This document shows positions 18,338 through 28,282 of a stretch of 64,000 nt of DNA, in pieces; position 1 is the first letter of the stretch, and every line of letters starts with the position of its first letter. The position numbers and the translations under genes are program-made. Below the pieces are notes generated by a model that saw nothing but the letters and a program-made list of their open reading frames with translations, did no database searches and had not been told where the DNA came from. This DNA comes from Ilumatobacter sp. Lineage in GTDB: Bacteria > Actinomycetota > Acidimicrobiia > Acidimicrobiales > Ilumatobacteraceae. The stretch is from the NCBI GenBank assembly GCA_013002175.1, contig JABDKP010000038.1, forward strand, positions 1,099 to 65,098, given 5' to 3'.

Positions 18338-19531
18338 TCAGGGCTCGGCCGGGACCGGTGTCGCGCGTGCGGCGCGCCATCGTGAGATCGGGTCAGCGGC
18401 TTTCGCCAGCAACGGTCCGCCGACGGCGAGGATCAGCACGTACGCAGCCGCGAGCGGGCCGATGTCGGACTCGATTCCCTCAGCCACCGCGATCCCGGCG
18501 ATCACGATCGAGAACTCGCCGCGTGCGATCAGGGTCATCCCGGCCCGCAGCCGACCGCGTGCCGAGATCCCGGCGCGTCGGGCACTCCACCAGCCGGTCG
18601 TGATCTTCGTCCCGGCGGTCACGACCGCCAGCCCGATCGCGAGTGCGAGCATCGGCGGCAGCGTCCCGGGGTCGACCTGGAGCCCGAAGAAGACGAAGAA
18701 CAAGGCGGCGAACACGTCTTTGAGCGGCGTCAGCAATTGCCGGGCGGCATGCTCGACCGGCCCGCTCAGTGCGATCCCGACGAGGAATGCGCCGACCGCA
18801 GCGGAGGCCTGCACCTGCTCCGCCAGCCCCGCCACGACGAGCGCCAGGCCGAGCAGCGTCAGCAACATGTGCTCGTCGGACCGGCTGAAGACGACTCGGC
18901 TGACCCGCTCGCCCAGGAACACGGCGATCGCGAGTGCGACGAACACGACAGCGACCGCTCCCCCGATCTCGAGTGCGATCGTCAGCGCGCTCCCGCCGAT
19001 CAGCAGGCCCGCCATCAGCGGCAGGTACAACGCCATCACCAGGTCCTCGGTGACGAGGATCCCGAGCACCACCGGCGTTTCGCGGTTGCCGACGTTGCCG
19101 AGATCGCCGAGCAACTGGGCGATGATCCCCGACGAGGAGATGTAGGTGATGCCGCCGAGCAACAGGGCGGCGCGGTAGTCCCAGCCGAGCGCGAACCCGA
19201 CGGCGAGCCCCGGCGTGAAGTTGAGCCCGAAGTCGACCGCTCCCGCCGGGACGCCGGTGCGCAGTGCGCCCATCAGCTCCTCGCCCGAGTACTCCAATCC
19301 CAGCAACAGCAGCAGCAGGATGACGCCGATCTCGGCGCCGGTCTCGATGAAGTCGCGCGCGGGTACGACCGGCACCATCCCACCATCGCCGATCAGGATC
19401 CCGGCGACGAGGTACAGCGGCACCGACGGCAGGCCCCAGCGGTGCGCCGCCCGGCCGAGCAGAGCGAGGCCGAGGAGGATGCCCCCGAGCTCCAGGAAGA
19501 GCCCGGCCGCGCCCGGCGAGGCGGCGACCAT
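18338..19531 (-). CDS. CPA2 cation:proton antiporter (KhtU-like)
   Basis: LLLGLEYS, ISSSGII, NRETP, EDL, ARGEFSIV. Confidence 0.9.
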   Translation of the reverse strand: MVAASPGAAGLFLELGGILLGLALLGRAAHRWGLPSVPLYLVAGILIGDGGMVPVVPARDFIETGAEIGVILLLLLLGLEYSGEELMGALRTGVPAGAVDFGLNFTPGLAVGFALGWDYRAALLLGGITYISSSGIIAQLLGDLGNVGNRETPVVLGILVTEDLVMALYLPLMAGLLIGGSALTIALEIGGAVAVVFVALAIAVFLGERVSRVVFSRSDEHMLLTLLGLALVVAGLAEQVQASAAVGAFLVGIALSGPVEHAARQLLTPLKDVFAALFFVFFGLQVDPGTLPPMLALAIGLAVVTAGTKITTGWWSARRAGISARGRLRAGMTLIARGEFSIVIAGIAVAEGIESDIGPLAAAYVLILAVGGPLLAKAADPISRWRAARATPVPAEP

Positions 19532-20022
19532 CAGGCAGTCGGGGCACCGAGGATGCGGGTGGCTTCGTCGATGCCCTCGTCGGTCCCGACGACGACGGCG
19601 ACGTCGTCGCCGAGCATCAGATCGTCGGGACCGGGCGCAGGAATCGTCTGATCACCGCGCAGCAGGGCGACGATCGAGACGCCGGTCCGCGTCCGCATCT
19701 GGGTTTCCCCGAGCGGCCGGCCCGCGAGACCGCTGTTCGGCGAGATCGGCAGCCATGCGATCTCCAGTCCGGCGATCTGCTGGCGCAGATCGTCGAGCCG
19801 TTCGACGATGTTGGGCCCGCCCAGCAACGTACCGAGCGACCGTGCCTCGTCGGTCGACAGTGGCACCGTCTCCGAGACGCGGTCGGGATCGTCGCGGTCG
19901 TACACGAGCAGCTCGCGACGGCCGGAGTGGTGCGAGACGACACCCACTCGCTGATCGTTCCCGCACGCGAAGTCGTGACGAACCCCGACCCCCGGAAGTG
20001 GCGTCTCGGTGATTTCAGTCAT
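19531..20022 (-). CDS. Antiporter regulatory subunit (KhtT-like, TrkA-C domain)
   Basis: ETPLPGVG...RTRTGVSIVALLRG...PAPGPD. Confidence 0.9.
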   Translation of the reverse strand: MTEITETPLPGVGVRHDFACGNDQRVGVVSHHSGRRELLVYDRDDPDRVSETVPLSTDEARSLGTLLGGPNIVERLDDLRQQIAGLEIAWLPISPNSGLAGRPLGETQMRTRTGVSIVALLRGDQTIPAPGPDDLMLGDDVAVVVGTDEGIDEATRILGAPTA

Positions 20023-20104
20023 GGCCCTCCTGCGGCCGACGCCGGCAGCGCACCGGAGCCGTGACCCGAACAGTAGGCGCGAACGAGCTCGGCCGGCATC
20101 GTCG

Positions 20105-20488
20105 TCAGCCGGACGGCGCGTTCTCCCACAGGCCGACGAGGTTGCCCTCGGTGTCGCGGACGTAGGCGGTGAACCCCATGTCGCCCACCTGCTGGCGCTC
20201 GGACACCGTCGTGCCGCCGGCGCCGTTGACGGCCGCGAGCGCGTCCTCGAGGTTGTCGACCTCGAGCACGAGGTTCGGCCCGGTGAACGGTTCCTCGCGC
20301 TGCATCATCCCGCCGTTGATGAAACCCGGCTCGGTCGGCCCCTCTTCACCGCTCGGCCCGGACATCACGAGCGTGTAGCCCATCTCGGGCATCGGCATGA
20401 CCTGCCAGCCGAACGCGTCGGCGTAGAAGGTGCGCGCCCGTTCGCCGTCGTCGAAGGGAATCTCGAAGTGCATCACCCGTCCGGACAT
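20105..20488 (-). CDS. VOC/glyoxalase family protein
   Basis: VMHFEIP...FYADAFGW...DTEGNLVGLWE. Confidence 0.9.
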   Translation of the reverse strand: MSGRVMHFEIPFDDGERARTFYADAFGWQVMPMPEMGYTLVMSGPSGEEGPTEPGFINGGMMQREEPFTGPNLVLEVDNLEDALAAVNGAGGTTVSERQQVGDMGFTAYVRDTEGNLVGLWENAPSG

Positions 20489-20670
20489 GTTGGAACCTCC
20501 TGTTGCTGTCGGCGTGATCGCTGGCGGATCGTAACGCATGCCGGCGACCGCATGCAGGTGATGAACGCTCATTCCGACCGGCTGCTTCGATGAACCCGAG
20601 TGCTCTCCGGGCCGCTGGCTGCCTCACAACAAATGCAGTATCGTCGAGGTTGCGCTGTTTGGAGGGGACC

Positions 20671-22425
20671 ATGGCGGCAAGTGATTACAAGGACACCCGC
20701 GAGCCGGACAAGGTCTTTTCGGAGATGAAGATCGTCGCGCAGGACCCGAGCGTCACGGTGGACGGACGCCCGTTGATGGCGACGGTGCGCGTGCCGATCG
20801 ACCGTCTCGACCGGGGTCCACGTGGTCACCGGCTGCGCGTCATCGACTACGACTCCTCCTCGTCCACCTTCGCCGAGCCGGCCGACATCGACTGCCCGGA
20901 CGAGCGATTCCCGGGCTGGGGTTATCGCGATCCGTTCTCGCGGCGGAAGTTGTCCGAAGCCGACCTGCTCCGAGACGACCCGGGCCGGCGGATCCGCTGC
21001 CAGAACGTCTACGCCATCGCCGCACGCACCCTGGCCGAGTTCGAGATCGCCCTCGGGCGGCGGCTGCCGTGGGGCTTCGGAACCCACGAGCTGTACCTGG
21101 TGCCGCACGCCTTCGCCGAGGCCAACGCCTACTATTCACGCGACGACAAGGCGCTGTTCTTCGGGTACATCGACAGTGCCGACGGTCGTGTGTACACCAG
21201 CCTGTCGCACGACATCGTTGCGCACGAGACGGCGCATGCGATCCTCGACGGCCTGCGGCCGGATTTCATGAAACCCGGTCTTCCCGACCAGCGCGGGTTC
21301 CACGAGGCGTTCGCCGACATCGTGGCATTGCTGTCGGTGTTTTCGATCAAAGAAGTCGTCGAGGAACTCATCGGAACTGCTGACAAGAACGGCCGCATTC
21401 CGACATCGCTCGTGAGCAAGGAAGCCTTCGAGAGCAACCCGCTGTTCAAGCTCGCCTCCCAGTTGGGCAACTTGTTCTCCGACGAGCGCGGCAACGGCCT
21501 GCGGCGTTCGGTCGTGCTGGAACCCGGAAGCGCGTGGCGCAAGGACCCGGCGTTCGAACTCCCGCACCGCCGCGGCGAGGTGTTGGTGGCAGCCGTGATG
21601 CGAGCGTTGCTCGACATCTGGCTGGAGCGCCTGACGCCGCTGGCCCGCGGGCGCGACATCGACCGCGAACGCGCTGCTGAGGAGGGCGCCAAGGCGGCCA
21701 AGCATCTGTTGACGATGAGCATCCGCGCCATCGATTACACACCACCGGCCGAGTTCGAGTTCGAGGACTTCATCGCCGCGCTGTTGCGCTCTGACCGCGA
21801 GGTGGCGCCCCACGACACGTACGGCTACCGGGACATCCTCGCGACGTCGTTCGCCGAATTCGGCATCCGGCCTCCTGCGTACGACACGCTGGACCTCGCG
21901 ATCGACAAGCCGATCTATCCCGGCGTCAACTTCGAGGCGCTGCGCTCGATGACCGACGAGATGTATCGCTTCGTGTGGGCGAACGCCCGTCTGCTCAAGG
22001 TCGACACCGACAACTACCTCAACGTCAACGACGTGCGCCCTTCGATCCGGATCGGGCCCGACGGACTCCTCGTCAGCGAGGCGGTCGCGACCTACAGCCA
22101 GGTGATGGAAGCCACTGCAGGCGAAGTGCAGGCGCTCAGCGACGCGCAGGGCAGACGCATCGCACTGCCGAGGGGGATGGACCTCGACACACCGATCTCG
22201 ATTCGTGGAGGCGGGACCCTGATCTTCGACCAGTTCGGCAATCTCAAATACCACTGCTCGAAGCCGTTGTTCGACTGGCGACGACAGAAGAAACGGCTGG
22301 ATCACCTGTACACGTGCGGTGAAAAGGACCAGTACGGCCGATACGGCTTCTCCTCGGGGGACTCCGCCGGCCAGGCATTCGCCGGCCTGCACGTGCCGGC
22401 GACCCGAGCAGGAGAGAACTGGTGA
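20671..22425 (+). CDS. Cytoplasmic thermolysin-like (gluzincin, M4/M36-related) zinc metallopeptidase
   Basis: ANAYY, DIVAHETAH (HExxH), downstream FHEAFAD third ligand; no signal peptide; GGAGGGG RBS before ATG 20671. Confidence 0.8.
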   Translation: MAASDYKDTREPDKVFSEMKIVAQDPSVTVDGRPLMATVRVPIDRLDRGPRGHRLRVIDYDSSSSTFAEPADIDCPDERFPGWGYRDPFSRRKLSEADLLRDDPGRRIRCQNVYAIAARTLAEFEIALGRRLPWGFGTHELYLVPHAFAEANAYYSRDDKALFFGYIDSADGRVYTSLSHDIVAHETAHAILDGLRPDFMKPGLPDQRGFHEAFADIVALLSVFSIKEVVEELIGTADKNGRIPTSLVSKEAFESNPLFKLASQLGNLFSDERGNGLRRSVVLEPGSAWRKDPAFELPHRRGEVLVAAVMRALLDIWLERLTPLARGRDIDRERAAEEGAKAAKHLLTMSIRAIDYTPPAEFEFEDFIAALLRSDREVAPHDTYGYRDILATSFAEFGIRPPAYDTLDLAIDKPIYPGVNFEALRSMTDEMYRFVWANARLLKVDTDNYLNVNDVRPSIRIGPDGLLVSEAVATYSQVMEATAGEVQALSDAQGRRIALPRGMDLDTPISIRGGGTLIFDQFGNLKYHCSKPLFDWRRQKKRLDHLYTCGEKDQYGRYGFSSGDSAGQAFAGLHVPATRAGENW

Positions 22426-23855
22426 GCACTCCACAGCCAGACCGTGTCCGGATCCGGATGTACCAGATGGGCTTCGGCGACGCATTCATGTTGACGTTCG
22501 AGTACCCGGAGCCGCTCGACGACGGCCGCGCGGAGCGGCACATGCTCGTCGACTTCGGGAGTACTCGATACGCCAAGCGTGGCTTCGACATCAGCGGTGT
22601 TGCCGAGCAGATTGCCACCGACTCGAACGGGGAACTCGATGTCGTCGTCGTGACCCACCGCCACAAGGACCACATGTCCGGGTTCAGCTCGAAGAAGTCG
22701 GGTGCAGTTCTCGACAAGCTCCATCCGAAGCTGGTCGTCCAGTCGTGGACCGAGGACCCGCAGGCCGCCACCGACGCGACCGGCGTCACCCGGGTCGGCG
22801 AGCAATCGTTGCGCTTCACGAACGCACTCGTCAGTGCCCAGGCCCTTGCCGATTCGGTGCACCACGATCTCCTCGAACAGAAGAAGCGGGCACGCAGCTT
22901 CCGCGGGATCAGCAACGAGCTGCTCGGCGCCGTCGAGCAGCAGACGATGGCCGTGATCGGCGAGGACGGTCTGACCAACGCCAAGGCGTACAAGCGTCTG
23001 GCGAAGTGGAGCAAGGACGGCGACTGCGAATTCCTGTGCTACGGCGCGAAATCGAAGATCCCCGACTACATCCCGGGCATCACCGTCGATGTGCTCGGCC
23101 CACCCACCGTCGACCAGCACAGTGAGGTCACCGGGGCGAGGTCCAAGGACAAGGAATACTGGATGCTGCACGGCCAGCTCTACGCGCAGTCGAAACAGAC
23201 CGGGGCGCTCGGTGCCGCCGGCTTCAAGCGGGTCTCGAAATCCGAGCTGGCTGTCCCCGCCGGGCCGGTCCGCTGGTTGGCGAGCAAGATGCAGCGCCAG
23301 CAGATCAACAACCTGCTGCGCATCGTCCGCGAACTCGACGACTCGCTCAACAACACCAGTCTGATCCTGTCGATCAGAGCCGGCGACAAGCACATGCTGC
23401 TCCCGGGCGACGCCCAGATCGAGAATTGGAACTACTCACTGCACGCGTCCGACGGCTCGCGGGGCGGCCTGTCGGCCGAAGAGGCGCGAGAACTCCTCAA
23501 GACGGTCGACTTCTACAAGGTGAGCCACCACGGCAGTCGCAACGGCACACCGCGGACCCTGTTGCAGAAGCTCTGGGGTGACAACGACGATCGCGACCTC
23601 GTGGCGCTGATGGGCACCAAGAAGAAGGTCCACGGCGGCAGCGAGCAGACCGCGGTCCCCCGGGAAACCCTCATCGAGGCGCTGCTCGACCGGACCCACA
23701 ATCGCCTGTACAGCACGGCCAGCATGCCGGCGAACGAGGACGCGGTGATCGAAATCGCGGCCAAGCTCTCGGGCGGGCACCCGTTCGAGTACGTCGGGCC
23801 GGACGACATCCCGATCCCCGAGGCCGACCCCACGACCGAGCTGGCGAACCACTGA
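22422..23855 (+). CDS. MBL-fold metallo-hydrolase, ComEC/Rec2-like, with large insertions
   Basis: GFGD, LVDFG, THRHKDH, NNTSL, LPGDAQ, KVSHHGSRNGT; GTGA overlap with upstream peptidase. Confidence 0.85.
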   Translation: MSTPQPDRVRIRMYQMGFGDAFMLTFEYPEPLDDGRAERHMLVDFGSTRYAKRGFDISGVAEQIATDSNGELDVVVVTHRHKDHMSGFSSKKSGAVLDKLHPKLVVQSWTEDPQAATDATGVTRVGEQSLRFTNALVSAQALADSVHHDLLEQKKRARSFRGISNELLGAVEQQTMAVIGEDGLTNAKAYKRLAKWSKDGDCEFLCYGAKSKIPDYIPGITVDVLGPPTVDQHSEVTGARSKDKEYWMLHGQLYAQSKQTGALGAAGFKRVSKSELAVPAGPVRWLASKMQRQQINNLLRIVRELDDSLNNTSLILSIRAGDKHMLLPGDAQIENWNYSLHASDGSRGGLSAEEARELLKTVDFYKVSHHGSRNGTPRTLLQKLWGDNDDRDLVALMGTKKKVHGGSEQTAVPRETLIEALLDRTHNRLYSTASMPANEDAVIEIAAKLSGGHPFEYVGPDDIPIPEADPTTELANH

Positions 23856-23868
23856 GGCCCGACCACCG

Positions 23869-23884
23869 CGGCCCCTCGGGGCCG
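23869..23884. terminator. Short GC hairpin between convergent genes
   Basis: CGGCCCC-TC-GGGGCCG just after the MBL stop. Confidence 0.4.
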
Positions 23885-23897
23885 GTGCGCGGATCGT

Positions 23898-24473
23898 TCA
23901 GCCGTGGGTCGCCAGGAACGCGAGCGTGCGCTCGAGCATCAGGCCGTAGAGCGCGGCGTCGTACTCGCGCCAACTCGAATCCGCGACGAGGTGTCCCGAC
24001 GACTCGTAGATGTACAGCTCACCCGGCCCGCCGTTGGCGCTCGACAGCGCATCGATCGCCTCCATGTCCTCGGCGGCGAACTCGTCGCCGTCCGCGATGT
24101 GCATCTGCAACGCGACGCCGTCGGGCCAGCGGCCGCCGAACATCTCCGGCGGTACGGCCGAGTGATACAGCACTGCGCCGCGGACGCCGGGGCGGGTCTG
24201 GGCGAGTTTCTGTGCCGGCAGGACACCGAGCGAGAACCCCGCAACGAGGAGCCGGTCGCCGAGTCCGTCGGCGCACGAGACGCCACGCTCGATCACCGTG
24301 TCGAACCCGATCTGCTGCGCGTTGGCGACGCCGTCGGTGATCGAGTCGAACGTGTCCCCGTCGTAGAGGTCCGGTGTCGACACCGCATGCCCGGCGGCGC
24401 GCAGCCCGTCGGCGAAGGCCCGCACGCCGTCGGTCAACCCGAGTGCATGGTGGAACAACAGCACCTCAGCCAC
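23898..24473 (-). CDS. Dienelactone hydrolase family protein
   Basis: FHHALGLT, TPDLYDG, GFSLG, GHLVAD. Confidence 0.85.
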   Translation of the reverse strand: MAEVLLFHHALGLTDGVRAFADGLRAAGHAVSTPDLYDGDTFDSITDGVANAQQIGFDTVIERGVSCADGLGDRLLVAGFSLGVLPAQKLAQTRPGVRGAVLYHSAVPPEMFGGRWPDGVALQMHIADGDEFAAEDMEAIDALSSANGGPGELYIYESSGHLVADSSWREYDAALYGLMLERTLAFLATHG

Positions 24474-25215
24474 GCGGCGAGCGTAGACGCAGCTCAGCGT
24501 CCTCGCCAGCGCCGTCGGCGTGGAGGGCGGAACAGTGCGCGAAGTGGACCACCTGTGGGCGCAGCGCCTTCAACCTCCGGATCGACTCGATCGCGTCGCC
24601 GCGCCGTTCCTTGGCCTCGACATTGGCGGCGGTTGCGCGCTCGTCGCGGAACTCGTCGGCGTGCCACACGACCTGACCGGCGAGCACCGCACAGCCTTCG
24701 CCCGACTCGACGAGCACCGAGTGGTGTCCTGCCGTGTGCCCGGGCGTCGCCATGATCGTCACGCCCTCCGCGATCGCCAGGTCGCCGTCGACGGCGCGCT
24801 GTTGGCCAGTCGGAGCGAGCGCCCAGACCGGGTCGGTGTAGAACTGGTCGCGCTCGACGGCGTCGAGTTCCGCCTGCTGCACGTAGCACGGCACATCCGA
24901 CCCGTAGAACAGCGGATTCTGGCCGCAGTGGTCGAAGTGGAGGTGGCTGTTGACGACGGCGACCACATCGGCGAGTTCGATGCCGACCGCGTGCAGCGCG
25001 TCGTCGAGGCCGAGATGATCCGGTGCATACACCGCATCGATGAACTCGTTGTCGGCACCGACGCCCGTGTCGAACACGATCGCGCCGTCGGGGTGGTCGA
25101 TCACGTAGCCGTACACCGGAGCCGTCGGTGAACCCGCCGCTTCGGGATGCCAGGCCGGCAGGCGCAGCACGGCCAGATCGAGCCGCTCGATCCGGGGCAG
25201 CTGTTGCAGCGCCAT
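24466..25215 (-). CDS. MBL-fold hydrolase, N-acyl-homoserine lactonase family
   Basis: FDTG, NSHLHFDHCG, TPGHTAGH. Confidence 0.8.
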   Translation of the reverse strand: MALQQLPRIERLDLAVLRLPAWHPEAAGSPTAPVYGYVIDHPDGAIVFDTGVGADNEFIDAVYAPDHLGLDDALHAVGIELADVVAVVNSHLHFDHCGQNPLFYGSDVPCYVQQAELDAVERDQFYTDPVWALAPTGQQRAVDGDLAIAEGVTIMATPGHTAGHHSVLVESGEGCAVLAGQVVWHADEFRDERATAANVEAKERRGDAIESIRRLKALRPQVVHFAHCSALHADGAGEDAELRLRSPRG

Positions 25216-25245
25216 GACGCGAGTCTCGCGCGTCGAAGCAGCGCC

Positions 25246-25845
25246 TCAGCCGGGCGTGGCGAGGGCTGCGCGCAGGAATGCCCGCAGCTCGTCGCGCAAC
25301 CGGCGCAGCCCGACGGCATCGGCGGTCCACCCGACCGCGCGCAACGCTTCCGGTTCGGTCGCGATCCCGGTCACGGTCGCATAGGCGAGCGCGGCGATGA
25401 TCTTCGGGTCACCACGGCGGAGCCGGCCGCGATCCATCTCCTCACCGAGGTAGCGGACCGCGCGATCGACGAGCGGGGAGATCATCACCCGCAGACGCTC
25501 GGCCTGCTCCGGACCGAGCCGGCTCACCTCGCGGACGAGTCCCAGCAGTGCGGGCCGCCGGACCGCCGGCCGGAACATCGCCCGCACGACTGCATCGATG
25601 CGGTCGAGCGGGTCGTCCGGTGCGGCGCGCACCGCAGCGTCGATGACGACGACGAGTTGTGCGGCGACCGATTCGAGCACGCCGTCGACGAGGTCGTCCT
25701 TTGACGCGAACCAGTAGAGGACGGTCTGTTTGCGCACCCCGACGACCCGCGCGATCTCGTCCAGCGACACCGCATCCACGCCCCGGGCGCCGAACAGATC
25801 GAGCGCTGCGTCGAGGATCCGCTCTCGCGTCGTCCGATCCGGCAT
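25246..25845 (-). CDS. TetR/AcrR family transcriptional regulator
   Basis: TRERILDAALDLF...SLDEIARVVGVRKQTVLYWFASK. Confidence 0.92.
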   Translation of the reverse strand: MPDRTTRERILDAALDLFGARGVDAVSLDEIARVVGVRKQTVLYWFASKDDLVDGVLESVAAQLVVVIDAAVRAAPDDPLDRIDAVVRAMFRPAVRRPALLGLVREVSRLGPEQAERLRVMISPLVDRAVRYLGEEMDRGRLRRGDPKIIAALAYATVTGIATEPEALRAVGWTADAVGLRRLRDELRAFLRAALATPG

Positions 25846-25873
25846 CCCCCCATCCTGACATGAAATCTGGCCG

Positions 25874-25895
25874 CTCTCTACCAATTGGTAGAGAG
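25874..25895. promoter_or_regulatory. Probable TetR operator, perfect 22-bp palindrome CTCTCTACCAATTGGTAGAGAG
   Basis: Perfect palindrome in the 70-bp gap between tetR and the lipid operon. Confidence 0.8.
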
Positions 25896-25915
25896 AGCTG
25901 CTAGAACAGACGACT

Positions 25916-28282
25916 GTGATCGCCGAGTCCCTCGCCGGGAAACGCATTGCCATCACCGGGGCAACCGGCTTCGTCGGCACCGCGCTCGTCGAGCGGCTGC
26001 TGCGGTCGGTCCCCGATTGTCAGCTCGTGCTGCTCGTCCGCGACGGCCAACGCACTCCCGCCGCGAGGCGGACCCAGCGCGAGATCCTGAAGAACGACGC
26101 GTTCGACCGGTTGCGCGCCGAGTTCGGCGACGAGTTCGACACCGCCGTCGCCGGCCGCGTCACGACGATCGCCGGTGACGTCACGATCGACGGCCTCGGC
26201 CTGAGCGACGACGACCGCGAGATCTTCCGAACCTGCGACACGATCATCCACTCCGCAGCCGCCGTGTCGTTCGACTCGCCGCTGCCGTCCGCGGTCGAGA
26301 TCAACCTGCTCGGCCCGACACGACTCGCCGAGCTGTGCCACGAACTCGGCACGACACCGCACCTCGTCGCCGTTTCGACGTGCTACGTCGCGGGCAACCG
26401 CCGGGGAAAGGCACCGGAGGAACTCGTCAGTGAGGGCCCGTTCGACATCGGTCTCGACTGGCGCAGCGAGGTCGCGTCGGCACGGCGGCTGAAGGGCGAC
26501 ACCGATGCCGAGAGCCGATCGGAGAAGAATCTGCTGCGGTTCCGCAAGGAGGCCCGCCGCGAACTCGGCGCGGCCGGCGCACCCGCGCTCGCCGCCAAGA
26601 CCGAACAGCTGCGCAACCGCTGGGTGAAAGCAGAGCTCGTGCAGGCCGGACGGTCGCGGGCCGCCAGCCTCGGCTGGCCTGACGCCTACGCCTACACGAA
26701 GGCGCTCGGGGAACAAGCGCTGACCGAGATCAAGGGCGACGTCCCGGTCTCGATCGTGCGCCCGTCGATCATCGAGTCGGCATGGGCCGAGCCCAAGCCG
26801 GGCTGGATCCGCGGCTTCCGAATGGCCGAGCCGGTGATCATCTCCTATGCCCGCGGGTTGTTGAAGGAGTTTCCCGGCGTGCCGGAAGGAACCGTCGACG
26901 TCATCCCGGTCGACCTCGTCGTCGCAGCGATCATCGGTGTCGCTGCCGCCGGACCCGAGCGGGCGCCCGCGATCACCCAGGTCGCGTCCGGCGGGATCAA
27001 CCCGCTGCGATACCGGACGATGGTCGATTTCGTCAGCAGCTGGTTCACGCGCAACCCGCTGTACGACAGCGACGGCCAGCCGATCATCGTCCCGACGTGG
27101 GACTTCCCCGGACGCGGTCGAGTCCAGAAACAACTGACGCGCGCCACGCGTGCACTCTCGACCGCCGAGAAGGCGCTCCATGCGTTGCCGCTGCGCGGCA
27201 AGCAGGCCGAGTTCGCGGCCACGCTGGAGAACCGCCGGATCGAGCTCGACGCCGCCCTCGAATACGTCGAGCTGTACGGGCTGTACACCGAGTGCGAGGC
27301 GATCTACCAGGTCGACAACCTGCTCGCACTGTGGGACTCGCTCGACGCGGCCGACCAGGAAGCGTTCTGCTTCGACCCGCGGGTCGTCGATTGGGACCAC
27401 TATGTCAACGAGGTCCACCTCCCGTCGATCGTGCAACACGCGCGGGTGAAGTCGACGCCCGGCAAGCACACGCCGATCGACCGGCCGGCCCGGCTGCGCA
27501 AGCAGGTGCTCGACCCGAAGCGCCACGTCGCGGCGTTCGACCTCGAGAACACGCTGATCGCGTCGAACGTCGTCGAGAGCTACTCCTGGCTGGCGACGCG
27601 CCGGCTCGACACGCCGGACCGTGTCCGGTACGTGCTGCGAACGCTGCTGGAAGCGCCCGGCCTGCTGCGGATCGACCGCCAGGACCGCACCGACTTCCTC
27701 CGCCACTTCTACCGCCGCTACGAGAACGCACCGGTCGAACAGATCGAGCACGACGCGCGGGAGATGATGACGCAGCTGATCATCACCAAGAGCTTCCCCG
27801 CCGGCCTGCGGCGCGTGCGCGAGCATCGCGCCGCCGGACACCGCACGATCCTGATCACGGGCGCCTTGAGCTTCAACGTCGAGGGGCTGCGGCCGCTGTT
27901 CGACGAGATCTTCGCCGCCGAGATGAGTGTCAAGCCCGACGGCACGTACACCGGCGAGATGCCGGTCGTGCCGCCCACCGGCGAGGCCCGGGCACAGCTG
28001 CTCGCCGACTACTGCGCGGCCGAGGGCCTGTCGCTGGACGAGTGCGTCGCCTACGCCGACTCGTCGTCGGACGTGCCGCTGTTCGAGGCGGTCGGGTTCC
28101 CGGTCGCGGTCAACCCGGAGACGAGGCTGGCGGCGATCGCCCGCAAGCGGGGCTGGCTCGTCGAGCACTGGTCGAAGGCATCCGGCTCGCCGCAACCGAT
28201 CCTCCCGATCGGCGAACTCCTCTCCGATCGCGAGCGAGTCGTCGTTGTGCCAGGCACGACGACGACCGGGGGGCGGCGATGA
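25916..28282 (+). CDS. Fusion: fatty acyl-CoA reductase (NAD_binding_4/male-sterility) + HAD-IB hydrolase
   Basis: ITGATGFVG, HSAAAVSF, YAYTKALGE, VRPSIIES, IPVDLV; C-terminal AFDLENT...ITG...YADSSSD...VAVNP. Confidence 0.85.
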   Translation: MIAESLAGKRIAITGATGFVGTALVERLLRSVPDCQLVLLVRDGQRTPAARRTQREILKNDAFDRLRAEFGDEFDTAVAGRVTTIAGDVTIDGLGLSDDDREIFRTCDTIIHSAAAVSFDSPLPSAVEINLLGPTRLAELCHELGTTPHLVAVSTCYVAGNRRGKAPEELVSEGPFDIGLDWRSEVASARRLKGDTDAESRSEKNLLRFRKEARRELGAAGAPALAAKTEQLRNRWVKAELVQAGRSRAASLGWPDAYAYTKALGEQALTEIKGDVPVSIVRPSIIESAWAEPKPGWIRGFRMAEPVIISYARGLLKEFPGVPEGTVDVIPVDLVVAAIIGVAAAGPERAPAITQVASGGINPLRYRTMVDFVSSWFTRNPLYDSDGQPIIVPTWDFPGRGRVQKQLTRATRALSTAEKALHALPLRGKQAEFAATLENRRIELDAALEYVELYGLYTECEAIYQVDNLLALWDSLDAADQEAFCFDPRVVDWDHYVNEVHLPSIVQHARVKSTPGKHTPIDRPARLRKQVLDPKRHVAAFDLENTLIASNVVESYSWLATRRLDTPDRVRYVLRTLLEAPGLLRIDRQDRTDFLRHFYRRYENAPVEQIEHDAREMMTQLIITKSFPAGLRRVREHRAAGHRTILITGALSFNVEGLRPLFDEIFAAEMSVKPDGTYTGEMPVVPPTGEARAQLLADYCAAEGLSLDECVAYADSSSDVPLFEAVGFPVAVNPETRLAAIARKRGWLVEHWSKASGSPQPILPIGELLSDRERVVVVPGTTTTGGRR
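28238..28266. repeat. Degenerate copy of the 29-bp palindrome inside the 3' end of the reductase-HAD gene
   Basis: GTCGTCGTTGTGCC-A-GGCACGACGACGAC; same length, ends and core; AAA/TTT replaced by complementary GTC/GAC. Confidence 0.6.

Noticed and set aside
20489-23897. Peptidase-MBL block as a bounded mobile element
   Set aside because: No integrase, transposase, terminal repeats or target duplication seen; horizontal origin remains only a compositional impression.
24466-25215. Beta-lactamase or proven quorum-quenching enzyme
   Set aside because: HxHxDH fold only; substrate cannot be inferred from sequence.
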